Shown: piece after piece, positions 41,892-57,390 of the stretch
Layout: each line of letters starts with the position of its first letter
How positions within the stretch are numbered: the first letter of the stretch is position 1
Assembly: GCA_965232985.1 (NCBI GenBank)
Contig: CBDDRC010000043.1
Location: forward strand, 78,091 to 142,090
Source: an uncultured bacterium
Lineage (GTDB): Bacteria > Pseudomonadota > Gammaproteobacteria > Pseudomonadales > JADFDG01
Direction of reading: 5' to 3'
DNA length: 64,000 nucleotides
Made by a program: the position numbers and the translations under genes
Notes under the pieces: model-generated
Seen by the model: the letters and a program-made list of their open reading frames with translations, nothing else
Told to the model about the DNA's origin: nothing
The model's database searches: none

Positions 41892-42463
41892 TCATTCCGT
41901 CTTGGCGGCGCCAGCTGCGGCGGCCTGGGCGGCACTCGCATCCTCAAGCTGCAGCGTGAGGGAAAACTCGAACATCTCGCCCTTCGCCACAACCTTGATC
42001 AGCTGCGGGTTCTTGAACCACGGCGATGCATTCAAACTGCGCATCAGGTTCGATACCCGGTTATTGGACTCGGCAAGACCAACAACCTCGAAAGTTCCGC
42101 CGCTCTGCTTCATCGATGTGTAGAAGACGCCGTCCGGCAGCGTTTCCGCGAACTGGTCAAACACGTGGACGATCACGGGCCGGTTGCCCTGCAGGCCCTG
42201 GATTACGTTCATGCGCTCAATCAGGCTGTCGCGTCGGCGCTGGAGTTCCTCAATCTCCTTGATGCTGTCCTCAAGCTGGGCAATCTGCCCCTCAATGTAG
42301 CTATTGCGCGACTTCTGCGTCTCTACTGCGCTGGCACGCTCCTGCTTCCAGGTAAACGAGAGCACGACGGCAACCAGAATGACCATGCCAATAACGATGG
42401 CAAACTCCTGCATTTGCTGCTTGCGGAGATCCTCGCGCCAGGGAAGAAGATTGATCTTTGCCA

Positions 42464-42464
<1 letters not shown>
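41892..42464 (-). CDS. pilN: Type IV pilus assembly protein PilN
   Basis: 190 aa. MAKINLLPWREDLRKQQMQEF is the canonical PilN N-terminus, followed by a TM helix. ATGA-coupled to pilM. Confidence 0.9.
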
Positions 42465-46114
<3,650 letters not shown>

Positions 46115-46152
46115 CAATTGTCCTGGAGGGGCCGACGGGGAAGGCCCAAACG

Positions 46153-46178
46153 AAAGAGCACCCTGTCGGGTGCTCTTT
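46153..46178. terminator. Bidirectional intrinsic terminator between mrcA and rpmE
   Basis: AAAGAGCACCC-TGTC-GGGTGCTCTTT is a perfect 11-bp stem with A/T runs on both sides, located between convergent genes. Confidence 0.7.
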
Positions 46179-46206
46179 CGGCCAAGGCATGAAGTTATGC
46201 TGACGC

Positions 46207-46422
46207 TTACTTCTTGCGGGAAAGAACCCCGAAACGCTGCTTGAACTTGTCGATGCGACCGCCCGTGTCCATCACCTTTTGGGTGCCGGTGTAGAACGGG
46301 TGGCATACGGAGCACACATCGACATGGACATCTTTGCAGAGCGTGCTTTGGGTGGAGAATACGTGGCCGCAGGTGCAGGTCACCTTGATCGCCGCATACT
46401 GCGGATGGATATCCGGTCTCAT
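46207..46422 (-). CDS. rpmE: 50S ribosomal protein L31 (Zn-ribbon type)
   Basis: Start at MRPDIHPQY (ATG 46422). It has CTCG...[10 protein letters not shown], and is 71 aa. Confidence 0.95.
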   Translation of the reverse strand: MRPDIHPQYAAIKVTCTCGHVFSTQSTLCKDVHVDVCSVCHPFYTGTQKVMDTGGRIDKFKQRFGVLSRKK

Positions 46423-46644
46423 GGGTTTCTTCCTCGATTTCGTTCGCCGCGTCGCTACCTGGGCCGCGCTGCCGTTGCTTTGGGGCAGCCGCCGGGCACC
46501 ACACGTCATTGCCAACGATCAACCCGTCCGGGGCCGACCGCAAGGGAGGCGGGATGATAGGCACCTCGTCCAGGCTTGGCAAGCGCGGAATACCCCCGTG
46601 CTAGACTGCCGGTCCGCTCCTTCCTCAGCCTGATTCAACCCGCC

Positions 46645-48870
46645 GTGCAGCTCACCGTCGTACGCGTTGCCGTGCCCTCGCCATTGCGCCGGTTGTTCGA
46701 CTACACACTGCCCGCCGCGTTTGCCGGCGGCGAAATCCGTGGCTGCCGGGTCCGCATTCCGTTTGGCACCCGCGAGGTCGTCGGCGTTGTGCTGGAGAGC
46801 GTTGCCCGCACCGACATTCCCATCGAGAAACTGAAAGCCGTCCGGGCACGCATCGATGACCGGCCAGTGCTCACGCCGGATCTCCTTGCCCTGTGCCGCC
46901 AGGCCACCGCCTATTACCACCATCCGCCCGGCGACGTGATCGCCACCGCGCTGCCGGTACTGTTGCGTCAGGGGGAACCGGCCGGGCGCCGCCGTCTCAC
47001 CGTCTGGCGTGCCACAGCCGGCGGCCGCGCTGCCCCTTCGAGCGCGGTCGCCCGGGCGCCAAAACAGGCAATCGCCCTCGCCGCGCTGTGCGCACAGCAA
47101 GCCGGTATTCCGCGTGCACTGCTGGAAAGCCTCGGCATCGAGCGTACTCACCTCGTTGCGTTGCAGAAAAAAGGGCTGGCCGAAGAGGCGCAGATCGATA
47201 TCGAGCCTGCCGAGCAGTCAACACACGGCCGGTCGCTGCTGGCCGAAGTACCGCTTGCGGCCTCTGCTGATCAGGCGCAGGCCATCGACGCAGTGCGCGC
47301 GCAACAGGACGCTTTTCGCGTTTTCCTCGTCGAAGGCGTGACCGGCAGCGGCAAGACCGAGATTTATCTGCAACTGGCCGCCGATCAGCTCGCGCGCGGC
47401 AGGCAGGTGCTGGTGCTCGTTCCGGAAATCGGTCTGACGCCACAGACCGTCGAGCGTTTCCGGCGGCGCTTCAACCGGCCGGTCGTCGTGCTGCACTCCG
47501 GGCTCAACGATCGCGAGCGACTCGATGCCTGGCTCGATGCCGCAGAAGGTCGTGCGGCCATTGTGCTTGGCACCCGCTCAGCGGTGTTTACACCACTGGC
47601 AGCGCCGGGCCTGATCATCGTCGATGAAGAGCACGATGCATCGTTCAAGCAGCAGGACGGTTTCCGCTACCACGCACGCGATCTTGCTGTCCTGCGCGGC
47701 CGCGACGCAGGCATACCGGTAGTACTCGGCAGCGCAACGCCTGCGCTCGAAAGTCTGCACAATGCGGCCAGCGGCAAGTACACGCACCTGCGCCTGACCG
47801 AACGGGCAGGCAGTGCTGCAAAACCGCGCATGAACGTGATCGACATCCGCAAGCAGAAGCTCGTCGAGGGTCTCGGCGACTCCCTGTTGCGTGACATGCG
47901 CACGACACTCGCGCGCGGCGAGCAGGTACTGCTGTTCATCAATCGCCGCGGCTTCGCCCCGGCACTCGTCTGTCACGACTGCGGCTGGACCGCCGATTGC
48001 CGGCGGTGCGATGCGCGCTACACCCTGCACATCGATCCGCGCCACCTGCATTGCCACCATTGCGGCAGTGAGTCGTCGATCCCGCGCGCCTGCCCGCGAT
48101 GCGGCGGCACCGACCTCGTCGCGGTCGGTCTTGGTACTGAGCGTGTCGAACAGTCACTGGGCATGCTGCTGCCAGGCGTGAGCCTGTTGCGCCTCGATAG
48201 CGATACTGCGCGACGCAAGCAAACCCTGCCGCGCCTGCTTGCGCAGGTTCATGCCGGCCAGCCGCTGGTGCTGATCGGTACGCAGATGCTCGCCAAAGGC
48301 CATCATTTTCCGCACGTCACCCTGGTTGGCATCCTCGATGCCGACAGTGGTCTGCTCAGCGCCGATTTCCGTGCCGGCGAACGGCTCGCCCAAGTTCTGG
48401 TGCAGGTTGCCGGGCGCGCCGGGCGGGCGCAAAAACCCGGGCACGTCCTCGTGCAGACGCGCCAGCCCGATCATCCGCTGCTGGTGCGTCTGTTGCGCGA
48501 CGGTTACGACGCCTGGGCACGCGATGCACTCAGCGAACGCTTGCTTGCCGAACTGCCACCCTACAGCCAGATGGCACTGCTGCGGGCGGAAGCAAGCCGG
48601 GAAACAACAGCGCTCGACTGGTTAGAAAACCTCAAGATTGCTGCTGCCGGATTGCTCGACGAGATCGGCGGCAATGTTTTGCTAATGGGGCCGGCACCGG
48701 CGCCGATGGCCCGTCGTGGCGGGCGCTATCGCGCACAACTCCTGGTGCAGGCCGGCACGCGGTCTGACCTGCACCGTTTTCTGCAGCTGTTCCTGCCCGT
48801 CATCGAAGCCGACCCCGAGTCCCGGCGCGTGCGCTGGTCGCTTGATGTTGACCCACTCGACCTTTACTGA
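46645..48870 (+). CDS. priA: Primosomal protein N' (replication restart helicase)
   Basis: It has VRVAVPSPLRRLFDY at the N-terminus, Walker A GVTGSGKTEIYL, DEEH, and a Cys-rich Zn module (CHDCGW..CRRCD..CHHCG..CPRCG). GTG 46645 is preferred. The ORF-track start, 46576, is a TTG. Confidence 0.9.
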   Translation: MQLTVVRVAVPSPLRRLFDYTLPAAFAGGEIRGCRVRIPFGTREVVGVVLESVARTDIPIEKLKAVRARIDDRPVLTPDLLALCRQATAYYHHPPGDVIATALPVLLRQGEPAGRRRLTVWRATAGGRAAPSSAVARAPKQAIALAALCAQQAGIPRALLESLGIERTHLVALQKKGLAEEAQIDIEPAEQSTHGRSLLAEVPLAASADQAQAIDAVRAQQDAFRVFLVEGVTGSGKTEIYLQLAADQLARGRQVLVLVPEIGLTPQTVERFRRRFNRPVVVLHSGLNDRERLDAWLDAAEGRAAIVLGTRSAVFTPLAAPGLIIVDEEHDASFKQQDGFRYHARDLAVLRGRDAGIPVVLGSATPALESLHNAASGKYTHLRLTERAGSAAKPRMNVIDIRKQKLVEGLGDSLLRDMRTTLARGEQVLLFINRRGFAPALVCHDCGWTADCRRCDARYTLHIDPRHLHCHHCGSESSIPRACPRCGGTDLVAVGLGTERVEQSLGMLLPGVSLLRLDSDTARRKQTLPRLLAQVHAGQPLVLIGTQMLAKGHHFPHVTLVGILDADSGLLSADFRAGERLAQVLVQVAGRAGRAQKPGHVLVQTRQPDHPLLVRLLRDGYDAWARDALSERLLAELPPYSQMALLRAEASRETTALDWLENLKIAAAGLLDEIGGNVLLMGPAPAPMARRGGRYRAQLLVQAGTRSDLHRFLQLFLPVIEADPESRRVRWSLDVDPLDLY

Positions 48871-48930
48871 ACTGCATCGGCACTCCTGAAGTAGAATCGC
48901 GCCTTTCTCCGACCGGGCATCTCCGCTTCC

Positions 48931-50691
48931 ATGAAGAACGCACTTTCCGCCCTGCTCGGCCAGGCCGTGGCGAAACTGATCGCCGATGGCACCCTGCCCG
49001 CAGGCACCACCGCCGACATCCGCCTCGACGCTGCGAAGGACAAGTCGCATGGCGACTTCGCCACCAACCTCGCGATGGCACTCGCCCGGCCAGCCGGCCA
49101 GCCGGCACGGGTAATTGCCGAAGCACTCGTCAGGGCGCTGCCGGCAAACGCAATCGTCTTGAAAGTGGCGATTGCCGGCCCCGGCTTCATCAACTTCTTC
49201 TTGGCGCCGGGCAGCCAGTTCGCTGCGGTACGGCACCTCCTCACCGAGCTGCATGTCTTCGCCCGGCCGAACATCGGTAACGGCGAGCGCGTACTGCTGG
49301 AGTACGTTTCTGCCAACCCGACCGGCCCGATGCACGTCGGCCACGGTCGCGGCGCGGCTTTCGGCTCAGCACTTGCGAATCTGCTGGAAGCGACCGGCCA
49401 CCAGGTACACCGTGAGTACTACATCAACGATTTCGGTCGCCAGACCGATGTACTTGCCGTCAGTCTCTGGCTGCGTTACCTCGAGCAGTTTGGTGCCGCA
49501 GTGCGTATCCCGTCGCGCGCCTATCCGGCCGCCTATGTGCAGGACTGCGCACGACTGCTGGCCAACGAATACGGCGAGCGCTTCCGCAAACCGTACGCCG
49601 ACCTGATCGATGGCTTGCCGGCAGACCCGGAAGAAGATACGGCCGAGGCGAAAGCGCAGCGCGAAATGCATATCGATGCACTGATCGAGCGCTGCAAGCA
49701 AATGCTCGGCAATGACTATCGTGTACTGCAACAGTTCGGTCTCGATGTGCAGATGCAGGATATCCGCGCGACACTCACGTCGTTCAATGTACGCTTCGAC
49801 CGCTTTTATTCCGAACGGGCGCTGGTGGAAGGCGGCTTGGTAGACAAGGCGCTCGACAAGTTGCGCGCTGCCGGCCATGCCTACGAGCACGACGGCGCAC
49901 TCTGGCTGCGCACCACCGCGCTGGGCGATGAGAAAGACCGCGTCCTGGTCCGCGATGATGGTACGTTCACCTACTTTGCGTCCGACATCGCCTACCATCT
50001 GGAAAAACTTGAGCGCGGCTATGACACCCTGATCGATGTCTGGGGTGCCGATCACCATGGCTACGTCGCTCGCGTGCGTGCCGCCATTGAGTTCCTCTCC
50101 GGCAAGGGCGACCGTTTCCATGTGGCGTTGATCCAGTTCGTGACCCTGGCCTCCGGACGCATGGGCAAACGCAGCGGCAACTTCGTGACCCTGCAGGATC
50201 TGATCGATGAGGCCGGCACCGATGCCACGCGCTTTTTCTATCTGACCCGTTCCGGCGACCAACACCTTGAGTTCGATATCGATCTGGCACGCTCGCACAG
50301 CAATGAAAATCCCGTTTACTACCTGCAGTACGCCCACGCCCGCGTACGCAGCATGTTCCGCGCGCTTGCCGAGCGCGGCTGGCAATACGACGCCCAAGCC
50401 GGCATGGCGGCGCTGACTGAACTGCCGGAGCAAGCCGCTGCCGATCTGGCGAAAAAACTCGGCCAGTGGCCGGAAGCCATCATCGCCGCCGCGCGCAGCA
50501 AATCGCCGCACACTATCACGCACTGGCTGCGTGAGCTGGCGCAGGAGTTTCACGGTTATTACAACACTCACAAAGTGCTGGTTGACGATGCGCCGCAACG
50601 CAACGCGCGGCTGGCTCTTTCTGAAGCAGTTCGCCTTGTGATCGCCGATGGGCTGGGGCTGCTCGGCGTCAGCGCCCCCGACAGCATGTGA
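48931..50691 (+). CDS. argS: Arginine--tRNA ligase
   Basis: 586 aa. It has the HIGH-type motif (ANPTGPMHVGHGRG) and a DALR anticodon-binding C-terminus. Confidence 0.95.
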   Translation: MKNALSALLGQAVAKLIADGTLPAGTTADIRLDAAKDKSHGDFATNLAMALARPAGQPARVIAEALVRALPANAIVLKVAIAGPGFINFFLAPGSQFAAVRHLLTELHVFARPNIGNGERVLLEYVSANPTGPMHVGHGRGAAFGSALANLLEATGHQVHREYYINDFGRQTDVLAVSLWLRYLEQFGAAVRIPSRAYPAAYVQDCARLLANEYGERFRKPYADLIDGLPADPEEDTAEAKAQREMHIDALIERCKQMLGNDYRVLQQFGLDVQMQDIRATLTSFNVRFDRFYSERALVEGGLVDKALDKLRAAGHAYEHDGALWLRTTALGDEKDRVLVRDDGTFTYFASDIAYHLEKLERGYDTLIDVWGADHHGYVARVRAAIEFLSGKGDRFHVALIQFVTLASGRMGKRSGNFVTLQDLIDEAGTDATRFFYLTRSGDQHLEFDIDLARSHSNENPVYYLQYAHARVRSMFRALAERGWQYDAQAGMAALTELPEQAAADLAKKLGQWPEAIIAAARSKSPHTITHWLRELAQEFHGYYNTHKVLVDDAPQRNARLALSEAVRLVIADGLGLLGVSAPDSM

Positions 50692-50699
50692 GGAAACAA

Positions 50700-51371
50700 A
50701 TGTCCCGCAACGCCAGCAAGAAGCGCGGCGCCCAGCCGCGCCAATCCTCGGGGGGCCACAGCGGCAAGAGCTGGGTTTTTTTTGTCGGCGGCTTGTCGCT
50801 CGGCCTTTTGCTGGCGGCTGGCGTATACCTGCTGAAAATTCTGCCGACGGCGATGGAGTTGCGCGATCGCGCCAGCGCCGCAGAAGTTGCCTGTGCCGAT
50901 ACCGACGGCAAGAAACCCTCCACCAATGGCAGCAACGTCACTGACAAGGCAAACAGCAAGACCGGCAGCGAAAAACCGGTGATCTTCGAGTTTTATTCGA
51001 TGCTTCCGAAACAGGAGGTTATCGCACCGGCAATCGGCGACAAAACAACAACAGCAACACCACCACCATTGCCGACCAGCAACGGCAAACTGCAGGATGC
51101 GAAAACCCAAAAGACAGGAGCATCCGGCACTGACGACGGACGTTTCGTGCTGCAGGCAGGATCATTCCGCACCCGCGCCGAAGCAGATCGCCGGCGCGCC
51201 GAGCTGGTGCTTTCCGGCCACAACGTCGCTGTTCAGGATGTCACTACCAGCAAAGGTGACAGCTGGTTCCGCGTCATGGTCGGGCCGTTCGGCAACGAAA
51301 CCGACATGCAGAAAGCCCGCCAGCAACTGACCGACATGAAAGTTGATACGCTGCCGGTCCGTCTGAAGTAA
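50700..51371 (+). CDS. SPOR-domain cell-division protein (FtsN-like)
   Basis: ATG 50700 with GAGGA N5. It has a basic N-terminus, one TM helix and a low-complexity linker. The C-terminal SPOR domain is [25 protein letters not shown]...WFRVMVGPF. Confidence 0.75.
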   Translation: MSRNASKKRGAQPRQSSGGHSGKSWVFFVGGLSLGLLLAAGVYLLKILPTAMELRDRASAAEVACADTDGKKPSTNGSNVTDKANSKTGSEKPVIFEFYSMLPKQEVIAPAIGDKTTTATPPPLPTSNGKLQDAKTQKTGASGTDDGRFVLQAGSFRTRAEADRRRAELVLSGHNVAVQDVTTSKGDSWFRVMVGPFGNETDMQKARQQLTDMKVDTLPVRLK

Positions 51372-51390
51372 CCCGTCCGAGGATTTCCTC

Positions 51391-51930
51391 ATGGAACAAA
51401 TGCACGGCACCACCATTATCTGTGTTCGCCGTAACGGCCAGGTCGTCATCGGCGGCGACGGCCAGGTCACCCTCGGCAACACCATCATGAAAGGCAATGC
51501 CCGCAAAGTGCGTCGCCTGGGCAACGGGAAAGTGATCGCCGGTTTCGCCGGCGGTACCGCCGATGCCTTCACCCTGTTTGAACGCTTCGAAGCAAAACTT
51601 GAGAAGCACGGCGGCAATCTGACACGCTCTGCGGTTGAGCTGGCAAAAGACTGGCGCACCGACCGCATGCTGCGGCGCCTTGAAGCCCTGCTTGCCGTCG
51701 CCGACGGCACCGCATCTTTGATCATCACCGGCAATGGCGATGTGATCGAGCCGGAAAACGACATCATCGCCATCGGCTCCGGTGGCCCATTTGCGCAGGC
51801 CGCCGCCCTCGCATTGCTGCAAAACACCGCACTTGATGCGCGCACCATCGTTGAAAAGGCTCTCGGCATCGCCGGCGATATCTGTATCTATACCAACCGC
51901 AACGTCACCATCGAGGTGCTCGGCGCATGA
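51391..51930 (+). CDS. hslV: ATP-dependent protease subunit HslV
   Basis: [30 protein letters not shown] ... [11 protein letters not shown]. The active-site Thr follows a short pro-sequence, as seen in betaproteobacterial HslV. Confidence 0.95.
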   Translation: MEQMHGTTIICVRRNGQVVIGGDGQVTLGNTIMKGNARKVRRLGNGKVIAGFAGGTADAFTLFERFEAKLEKHGGNLTRSAVELAKDWRTDRMLRRLEALLAVADGTASLIITGNGDVIEPENDIIAIGSGGPFAQAAALALLQNTALDARTIVEKALGIAGDICIYTNRNVTIEVLGA

Positions 51931-53285
51931 CCGACATGACTCCACGCGAAATCGTCAGTGAACTTGACCGCTACATCGTTGGGCAAAATGCCGCCAAGCG
52001 CGCCGTAGCCGTCGCGTTGCGTAATCGCTGGCGCCGCCTGCAATTACCCGAAGACCTGCGCCACGACATCGTGCCGAAAAATATCCTGATGATAGGCCCG
52101 ACCGGCGTTGGCAAAACGGAAATTGCCCGGCGGTTGGCAAAACTTGCCAACGCACCCTTCATCAAGGTGGAAGCAACGAAATTTACCGAAGTCGGCTACG
52201 TGGGTCGCGACGTGGAAACCATTGTTCGCGATCTGGTCGAGACGGCGATGAAGATGCAGCGCCAGGATGCGATGGCCGCTTCCCGTGCCAAAGCAGAAGA
52301 AGCCGCCGAAGAGAGACTACTGGATGCCCTGTTGCGCCCAGCGCGAGATGATTACGCCGCTGCGGGCACTGCTGCTCCAGCTCCCCAGGCCGGCGACTCG
52401 ATCACCCGCAACCTGTTCCGGCGCAAATTGCGCGCCGGCGAACTCGATACCCGTGAGATTGAAATCGAGGTGGCGCAAACGCAGGTAGGCGTGAACATCA
52501 TGGCGCCGCCCGGTCTCGAAGACATGACCAGCCAACTGCAAAGCATGTTCGCATCGCTCGGTAAGGACCGGAAGAAAACCCAGCGCCTGACGGTGAAAGA
52601 TGCGCAGAAACTGTTACGCGACGAAGAAGCAGCAAATCTGGTCAATGACGATGAAATCAAGGATGCCGCGCTGCGCGCCGTGGAGCAGGGTGGCATCGTT
52701 TTCATCGACGAAATCGACAAGGTATGCCGGCGCGGAGAAGTGAGCGGTGCCGATGTCTCACGTGAAGGCGTGCAACGTGACCTGCTGCCGCTGATTGAAG
52801 GCTGCGCAGTAACCACCAAATACGGCACGGTGAAGACCGATCATGTGTTGTTCATCTGTTCGGGCGCATTCCATCTCTGCAAACCCTCTGATCTGATCCC
52901 GGAACTACAGGGCCGGCTGCCGATTCGCGTCGAACTCGATGCGCTCAATGCCGACGATTTTGAACGCATTCTCAAGGAACCGAACAACTCGCTGACCATG
53001 CAGTACCGCGAACTGCTCGGCACCGAGGGCCTCAAGGTGGCATTCACCGACGATGCCGTTCGGCGCATCGCCGAAATCGCCTTCAAGGTGAACGAGCGCA
53101 CTGAAAATATCGGCGCCCGGCGCCTGCACACGGTAATGGAGAAGCTGCTGGAGGATGTGTCGTTCGATGCCGCCGACGTGGCACTGAAGCAGTCCGGTGC
53201 GCCGCTGACAATCGACGCTGCCATGGTTGATCGCGTGCTTGGCGGTATCGTGCAGGACGAGGATTTGTCGCGCTACATACTTTAA
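51927..53285 (+). CDS. hslU: ATP-dependent protease ATPase subunit HslU
   Basis: 452 aa. [17 protein letters not shown], Walker [16 protein letters not shown], and IVFIDEIDK. It overlaps the hslV stop. Confidence 0.97.
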   Translation: MTDMTPREIVSELDRYIVGQNAAKRAVAVALRNRWRRLQLPEDLRHDIVPKNILMIGPTGVGKTEIARRLAKLANAPFIKVEATKFTEVGYVGRDVETIVRDLVETAMKMQRQDAMAASRAKAEEAAEERLLDALLRPARDDYAAAGTAAPAPQAGDSITRNLFRRKLRAGELDTREIEIEVAQTQVGVNIMAPPGLEDMTSQLQSMFASLGKDRKKTQRLTVKDAQKLLRDEEAANLVNDDEIKDAALRAVEQGGIVFIDEIDKVCRRGEVSGADVSREGVQRDLLPLIEGCAVTTKYGTVKTDHVLFICSGAFHLCKPSDLIPELQGRLPIRVELDALNADDFERILKEPNNSLTMQYRELLGTEGLKVAFTDDAVRRIAEIAFKVNERTENIGARRLHTVMEKLLEDVSFDAADVALKQSGAPLTIDAAMVDRVLGGIVQDEDLSRYIL

Positions 53286-53297
53286 TGAAGTTACGTT

Positions 53298-54377
53298 TTA
53301 AAGAAGCTGCGGGTTGAGCAGTTTTTCGATGTGCGCGATGGTCGTCGCGTCGGAATTCTCCAGCGTGATATGGCCGATTTTGCGGCCCGAACGCTCAGCC
53401 TTGCCGTAATCGTGCACATGCAGCCCGGCAATCGCCAGCAGTGCCGCCCGATCCGGCCAGCGCCCAAGCACGTTCCAGGTGATCACCTGCCGCCGCAAAG
53501 ACGTGTCGCCAAGTGTGAGCCCGAGCACCGCCCGCACATGATTCTCGAACTGGCTTGTCAGTGCGCCCTCAATCGTCCAGTGGCCGCTGTTGTGTACGCG
53601 CGGTGCAAACTCGTTGATTAAAATGCCACTGCCCGTGCGAAAGAACTCAACGGCCAGCACGCCGCGATAATCGAGTGATTGCATCAGCGCCCGCACACAG
53701 CGCTCACCCTCTGCAACCTCGTCGCACGACAGCACGCCGTCATCAGGCTCGGTGCGCACGAGAATGCCGTCACGATGCACATTGATCGACGGCGTCCAGA
53801 AACGAATTTCACCGGTGCCGCCGCGCACACCAACCAGCGAAAATTCGCCGCGAAAATCGACTTCCGTCTCAATGGTGTACGGCGCTGCCCCGGCAGGAAT
53901 CGCGGCAATATCGGCCGCTGTTTTCACCCGCCACTGACCACGACCGTCATAGCCACCTCGCGCCGCTTTCACGCGGCAGGGAAACCCGACTTGCGCGCAG
54001 GCGCCCGCAAGATCGGCATGCGTGCTCGCCTGCCCCCACTGCGGCTGCGGCAGGCCGCACGCCGCCAGATACTCGCGCTCGCGCCGCCGGTCACGCTTTA
54101 AATCCAGCGCGGCCGGCGTTGGCCACAAGGGCGCATGCCGCATGACTTGCGCAAAGACACCCGGATCGATGGTCTCTATTTCTGTGGTTGCCGCATCAAG
54201 CCCTTGGGCGAAACGTGCGACGGCCTCCGGGTCTGCCTGCGCAAAACGCTCGCCAAAACAGGCGAGCGCCGCGTCGTCCTGCGGCACCAGAAACCGGCAA
54301 TGCACCCCAAGTGGCATGGCGGAAAACGCAAGCATGCGGCCAAGTTGACCGCCACCAATGATGCCGAGGGTTTTCAT
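53298..54377 (-). CDS. purK: 5-(carboxyamino)imidazole ribonucleotide synthase
   Basis: 359 aa. MKTLGIIGGGQLGRM with an ATP-grasp core. Confidence 0.9.
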   Translation of the reverse strand: MKTLGIIGGGQLGRMLAFSAMPLGVHCRFLVPQDDAALACFGERFAQADPEAVARFAQGLDAATTEIETIDPGVFAQVMRHAPLWPTPAALDLKRDRRREREYLAACGLPQPQWGQASTHADLAGACAQVGFPCRVKAARGGYDGRGQWRVKTAADIAAIPAGAAPYTIETEVDFRGEFSLVGVRGGTGEIRFWTPSINVHRDGILVRTEPDDGVLSCDEVAEGERCVRALMQSLDYRGVLAVEFFRTGSGILINEFAPRVHNSGHWTIEGALTSQFENHVRAVLGLTLGDTSLRRQVITWNVLGRWPDRAALLAIAGLHVHDYGKAERSGRKIGHITLENSDATTIAHIEKLLNPQLL

Positions 54378-54432
54378 GACGAAAAAATTCCGGGCCGGAA
54401 CGTACTGATGGAGAATATTTTAACGGGGAATA

Positions 54433-54945
54433 TCAGCCATTATTTTCCGGCAGGCGCGGATCGTCGTTGGCAAGCACCTTGTCGGTTTGCTTGCTGCGCC
54501 AGGCATGCACTTTCACGCGCAGCGATTCATCGGTGCTTGCCAATGATTGCGCGGCAAACAATCCGGCATTGATCGCCCCGGCCTTGCCGATCGCAAACGT
54601 TGCTACCGGCACCCCACCGGGCATCTGCACAATGGACAGCAGCGAATCAAGACCGTTGAGATTAGTCGACGGCACCGGCACGCCAAGCACCGGCACCGGC
54701 GTTTTTGCGGCGATCATGCCCGGCAGGTGCGCTGCACCGCCGGCGCCGGCGATGATGAACCGCAGGCCACGTGCTTCTGCCGTGGCACCGAACTCGAACA
54801 GGCGATCCGGCGTGCGGTGCGCAGAAACAACTGTCACCTCGTGCGCAATGCCGAGAGCCTCGAGCGTCTGGGCGGCATGGCACATGGTTTCCCAATCGCT
54901 GCGTGAACCCATGACCACCGCCACCAGCGGTTTGTGCAAACTCAT
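54433..54945 (-). CDS. purE: N5-carboxyaminoimidazole ribonucleotide mutase
   Basis: Start at [21 protein letters not shown] (ATG 54945). It has SAHRTP and GGAAHLPGM motifs. The upstream extension in ORF 54433..55206 is rejected. Confidence 0.95.
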   Translation of the reverse strand: MSLHKPLVAVVMGSRSDWETMCHAAQTLEALGIAHEVTVVSAHRTPDRLFEFGATAEARGLRFIIAGAGGAAHLPGMIAAKTPVPVLGVPVPSTNLNGLDSLLSIVQMPGGVPVATFAIGKAGAINAGLFAAQSLASTDESLRVKVHAWRSKQTDKVLANDDPRLPENNG

Positions 54946-55204
54946 CGGTCGTGCTCTCCGCGTGCCTGGCAATAAAACGAATGATCCTGCCCGCATCAGG
55001 GCAAGGGCAACATCCCTGCCAGTGTACCTGTCTGCACCCCAAAGGCGGCAGCCCAAGCGTGGCCGCAGTCGGCAACTGCCCGAGCGGTCTTCGGGTATCC
55101 GCCTGGCATGCAGGCGTCCGCACCGGGAACCACCACCATCCGGCCGGGCATGGGCCGCCGGGGCACTGTTAGAATGGCGCCCCCTGCCGCCGTCCGGGAA
55201 TGCC

Positions 55205-55915
55205 ATGCTGGCCGCCGAGAAACTCCGCTTCGAACTCGCGCGTTACCATGGGCTGCGTCAACACCGGGACGAAGCCTTCCGGGCGCGTCTGCACGCATTG
55301 CAGGCGTTTCAGGTACGCCGGCTGCATCACACGCACGCGGCACTGATTGCCGACCCGGTCTTTCACGACGCCACCAACCTGTTTCTCAACGACATCTACG
55401 GCGGCATCGACCTGATGCCGATGGCGCGCGAAATTGAGCGCGCACTGCCGCGTGCGATACGCCTGCTGCCGGATTCGGTGCTTAACACCTCGGCCATGGC
55501 CGCCGAGGTGATGACCCTGATTCAGGAGCTCGATGAGCAATTGGCAGCCCTGCTGTTCGAGACACGCGGCGTATCATCCATCACGGTTGACAATTATCTG
55601 GCCGCCTTTCGCGATATGGGCCGCATGGACGACCGCCTGCGGCAAATGACCCTGGCGGCCGAACTCGGCCACGGCCTCGACAAATATGTGCGCAGCAAAA
55701 TCATTTTCGCCGCGTTCCGCCTCGCCAACCGTCCGGCGCACCGATATGGGTTTGGCATCCTGTACGATTTTCTCGATCGCGGCTTCCGGGTGATGCGGCC
55801 GATGGGCAGCACGCACGCATTATTCGACCGCATCACCCAGGAAGAACGCACGCTCATCATCCGCATCCGGGACGGCGAAGCCGATCCGTTCCGCCTTGGA
55901 GGTCAGCCCCTGTGA
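55205..55915 (+). CDS. Conserved hypothetical protein upstream of ubiE
   Basis: In-frame ATG at 55205 inside ORF 54467..55915; the upstream part is antisense to purE. It is helical and 236 aa, with no family recognised. It overlaps the ubiE start by 4 nt. Confidence 0.55.
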   Translation: MLAAEKLRFELARYHGLRQHRDEAFRARLHALQAFQVRRLHHTHAALIADPVFHDATNLFLNDIYGGIDLMPMAREIERALPRAIRLLPDSVLNTSAMAAEVMTLIQELDEQLAALLFETRGVSSITVDNYLAAFRDMGRMDDRLRQMTLAAELGHGLDKYVRSKIIFAAFRLANRPAHRYGFGILYDFLDRGFRVMRPMGSTHALFDRITQEERTLIIRIRDGEADPFRLGGQPL

Positions 55916-56679
55916 CCGACGACTCCGGCAAGACCAAACAAGACACGACCCACTTCGGTTTTCAGACCGTTGCGCGCGATGAGAAAGCAAAGCGTGTCGG
56001 CGAGGTTTTCCATTCGGTGGCCGGCAAGTACGACCTGATGAACGACCTGATGTCGATGGGTGTGCATCGGCTGTGGAAGCGTTTCACGCTGGAAGTCAGC
56101 GGCGTGCGCACCGGCCAGCGCGTGCTCGACCTCGCCGCCGGCACCGGCGATCTCAGCATGCTGTTCGCCGATCGCGTTGGATCAACCGGCACGGTCGTCA
56201 TGACCGACATCAACGACTCAATGCTCGGCGTCGGCCGTGATCGCGTCACCGATCGCGGCTATGCCGGCAACATCCAGTTCGCGCTGGCCAACGCCGAGAA
56301 ACTTCCGTTTGCATCCAACAGTTTCGATATCGTCAGCATTGGTTTCGGCCTGCGCAACGTCACCGACAAAGATGCCGCGCTGGCCGAGATGACCCGTGTA
56401 CTCAAACCCGGCGGCCGGGTACTGATTCTGGAATTCTCGAAACCGGTGATCGCGCCACTGTCGCGCCTGTATGATCTCTACTCGTTCAGTGTGTTGCCGA
56501 GACTCGGCCAGCTGATCACCGGTGATGCTGACAGCTATCGCTACCTCGCCGAATCGATCCGCATGCACCCTGACCAGCAAATGCTGCGCGGCATGATGGA
56601 AAAAGCCGGACTCGCGAAATGCGAGTTTTTCAACATGACCGGCGGCGTCGTCGCCTTGCACCGGGGATTCAAATCGTGA
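55912..56679 (+). CDS. ubiE: Ubiquinone/menaquinone C-methyltransferase
   Basis: 255 aa. THFGFQTV ... [17 protein letters not shown] ... [10 protein letters not shown] is the canonical UbiE pattern. Confidence 0.95.
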   Translation: MTDDSGKTKQDTTHFGFQTVARDEKAKRVGEVFHSVAGKYDLMNDLMSMGVHRLWKRFTLEVSGVRTGQRVLDLAAGTGDLSMLFADRVGSTGTVVMTDINDSMLGVGRDRVTDRGYAGNIQFALANAEKLPFASNSFDIVSIGFGLRNVTDKDAALAEMTRVLKPGGRVLILEFSKPVIAPLSRLYDLYSFSVLPRLGQLITGDADSYRYLAESIRMHPDQQMLRGMMEKAGLAKCEFFNMTGGVVALHRGFKS

Positions 56680-57386
56680 GCAGTCGCGAGCCCGACGGGA
56701 AAGCCACGTTACGCGGCGATTCTTCCCTGCGCGACAGCGCCACTGCCGGCCGCCTGCTGGCGCCCGTCTTCGGTTTGCTCGAACGGGCGATCAATGACGC
56801 GCTGCGCTACGATCCGGCAACGCGGCAACGGCTCGCTGCGCACCAGGGCCGTGTGCTCGGCATCGAGTGTCGGCAGCCACCGGTGAATGCGTATTTTCTG
56901 CTCACCATCGATGGCGTCGAGATATACGACAGTTGCGAGACCGTCGTCGATGCCACGATTCGCGCCGGCGCCATCGGCCTGCTGCGTCAACTCGTCGCCG
57001 AGCGACCGGACATTGTGCCGGCCGGCGGCGAAGTGCAGGTGGCCGGTGACGCGCAGTTCGTGCAGGAACTCGTGCGGATCGCCCGCGATATCGACATCGA
57101 CTGGGAAGAACCACTGGCACGCATCGTCGGCGACATCGCCGCCCGCCAGGTTGGCGATCTGCTGCGTGGTGCTGCCTTGTTTCTCAAGCGCGCGACGACC
57201 AGCCTGCGGCGCGATGGCGAGGATTTCGTTCGCCATGAACTGGCGCTGTTCCCGTCGAAACACGGCATGCGCGAATTCCTGCGCGATGTCGATGAGCTGC
57301 GCCTCGACACCGACCGCGTTGCCGCGCGAGTCGCCGCGTTGCAGGCCCGCCTCGATCGCCTGACCGGCCCGCAGTCACAGAGCTGA
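56676..57386 (+). CDS. ubiJ: Ubiquinone biosynthesis accessory factor UbiJ (SCP2 domain)
   Basis: GTG 56676 overlaps the ubiE stop (GTGA). It has an SCP2-like N-domain ([30 protein letters not shown]) and a coiled C-terminus. It sits between ubiE and ubiB. Confidence 0.7.
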   Translation: MSSREPDGKATLRGDSSLRDSATAGRLLAPVFGLLERAINDALRYDPATRQRLAAHQGRVLGIECRQPPVNAYFLLTIDGVEIYDSCETVVDATIRAGAIGLLRQLVAERPDIVPAGGEVQVAGDAQFVQELVRIARDIDIDWEEPLARIVGDIAARQVGDLLRGAALFLKRATTSLRRDGEDFVRHELALFPSKHGMREFLRDVDELRLDTDRVAARVAALQARLDRLTGPQSQS

Positions 57387-57390
57387 GCCG

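Noticed and set aside
49366-50598. 410-aa minus ORF opposite argS
   Set aside because: It is an antisense shadow of argS.
54467-55204. Upstream 246 codons of the '+' ORF 54467..55915
   Set aside because: It is antisense to purE. The credible start is ATG 55205.
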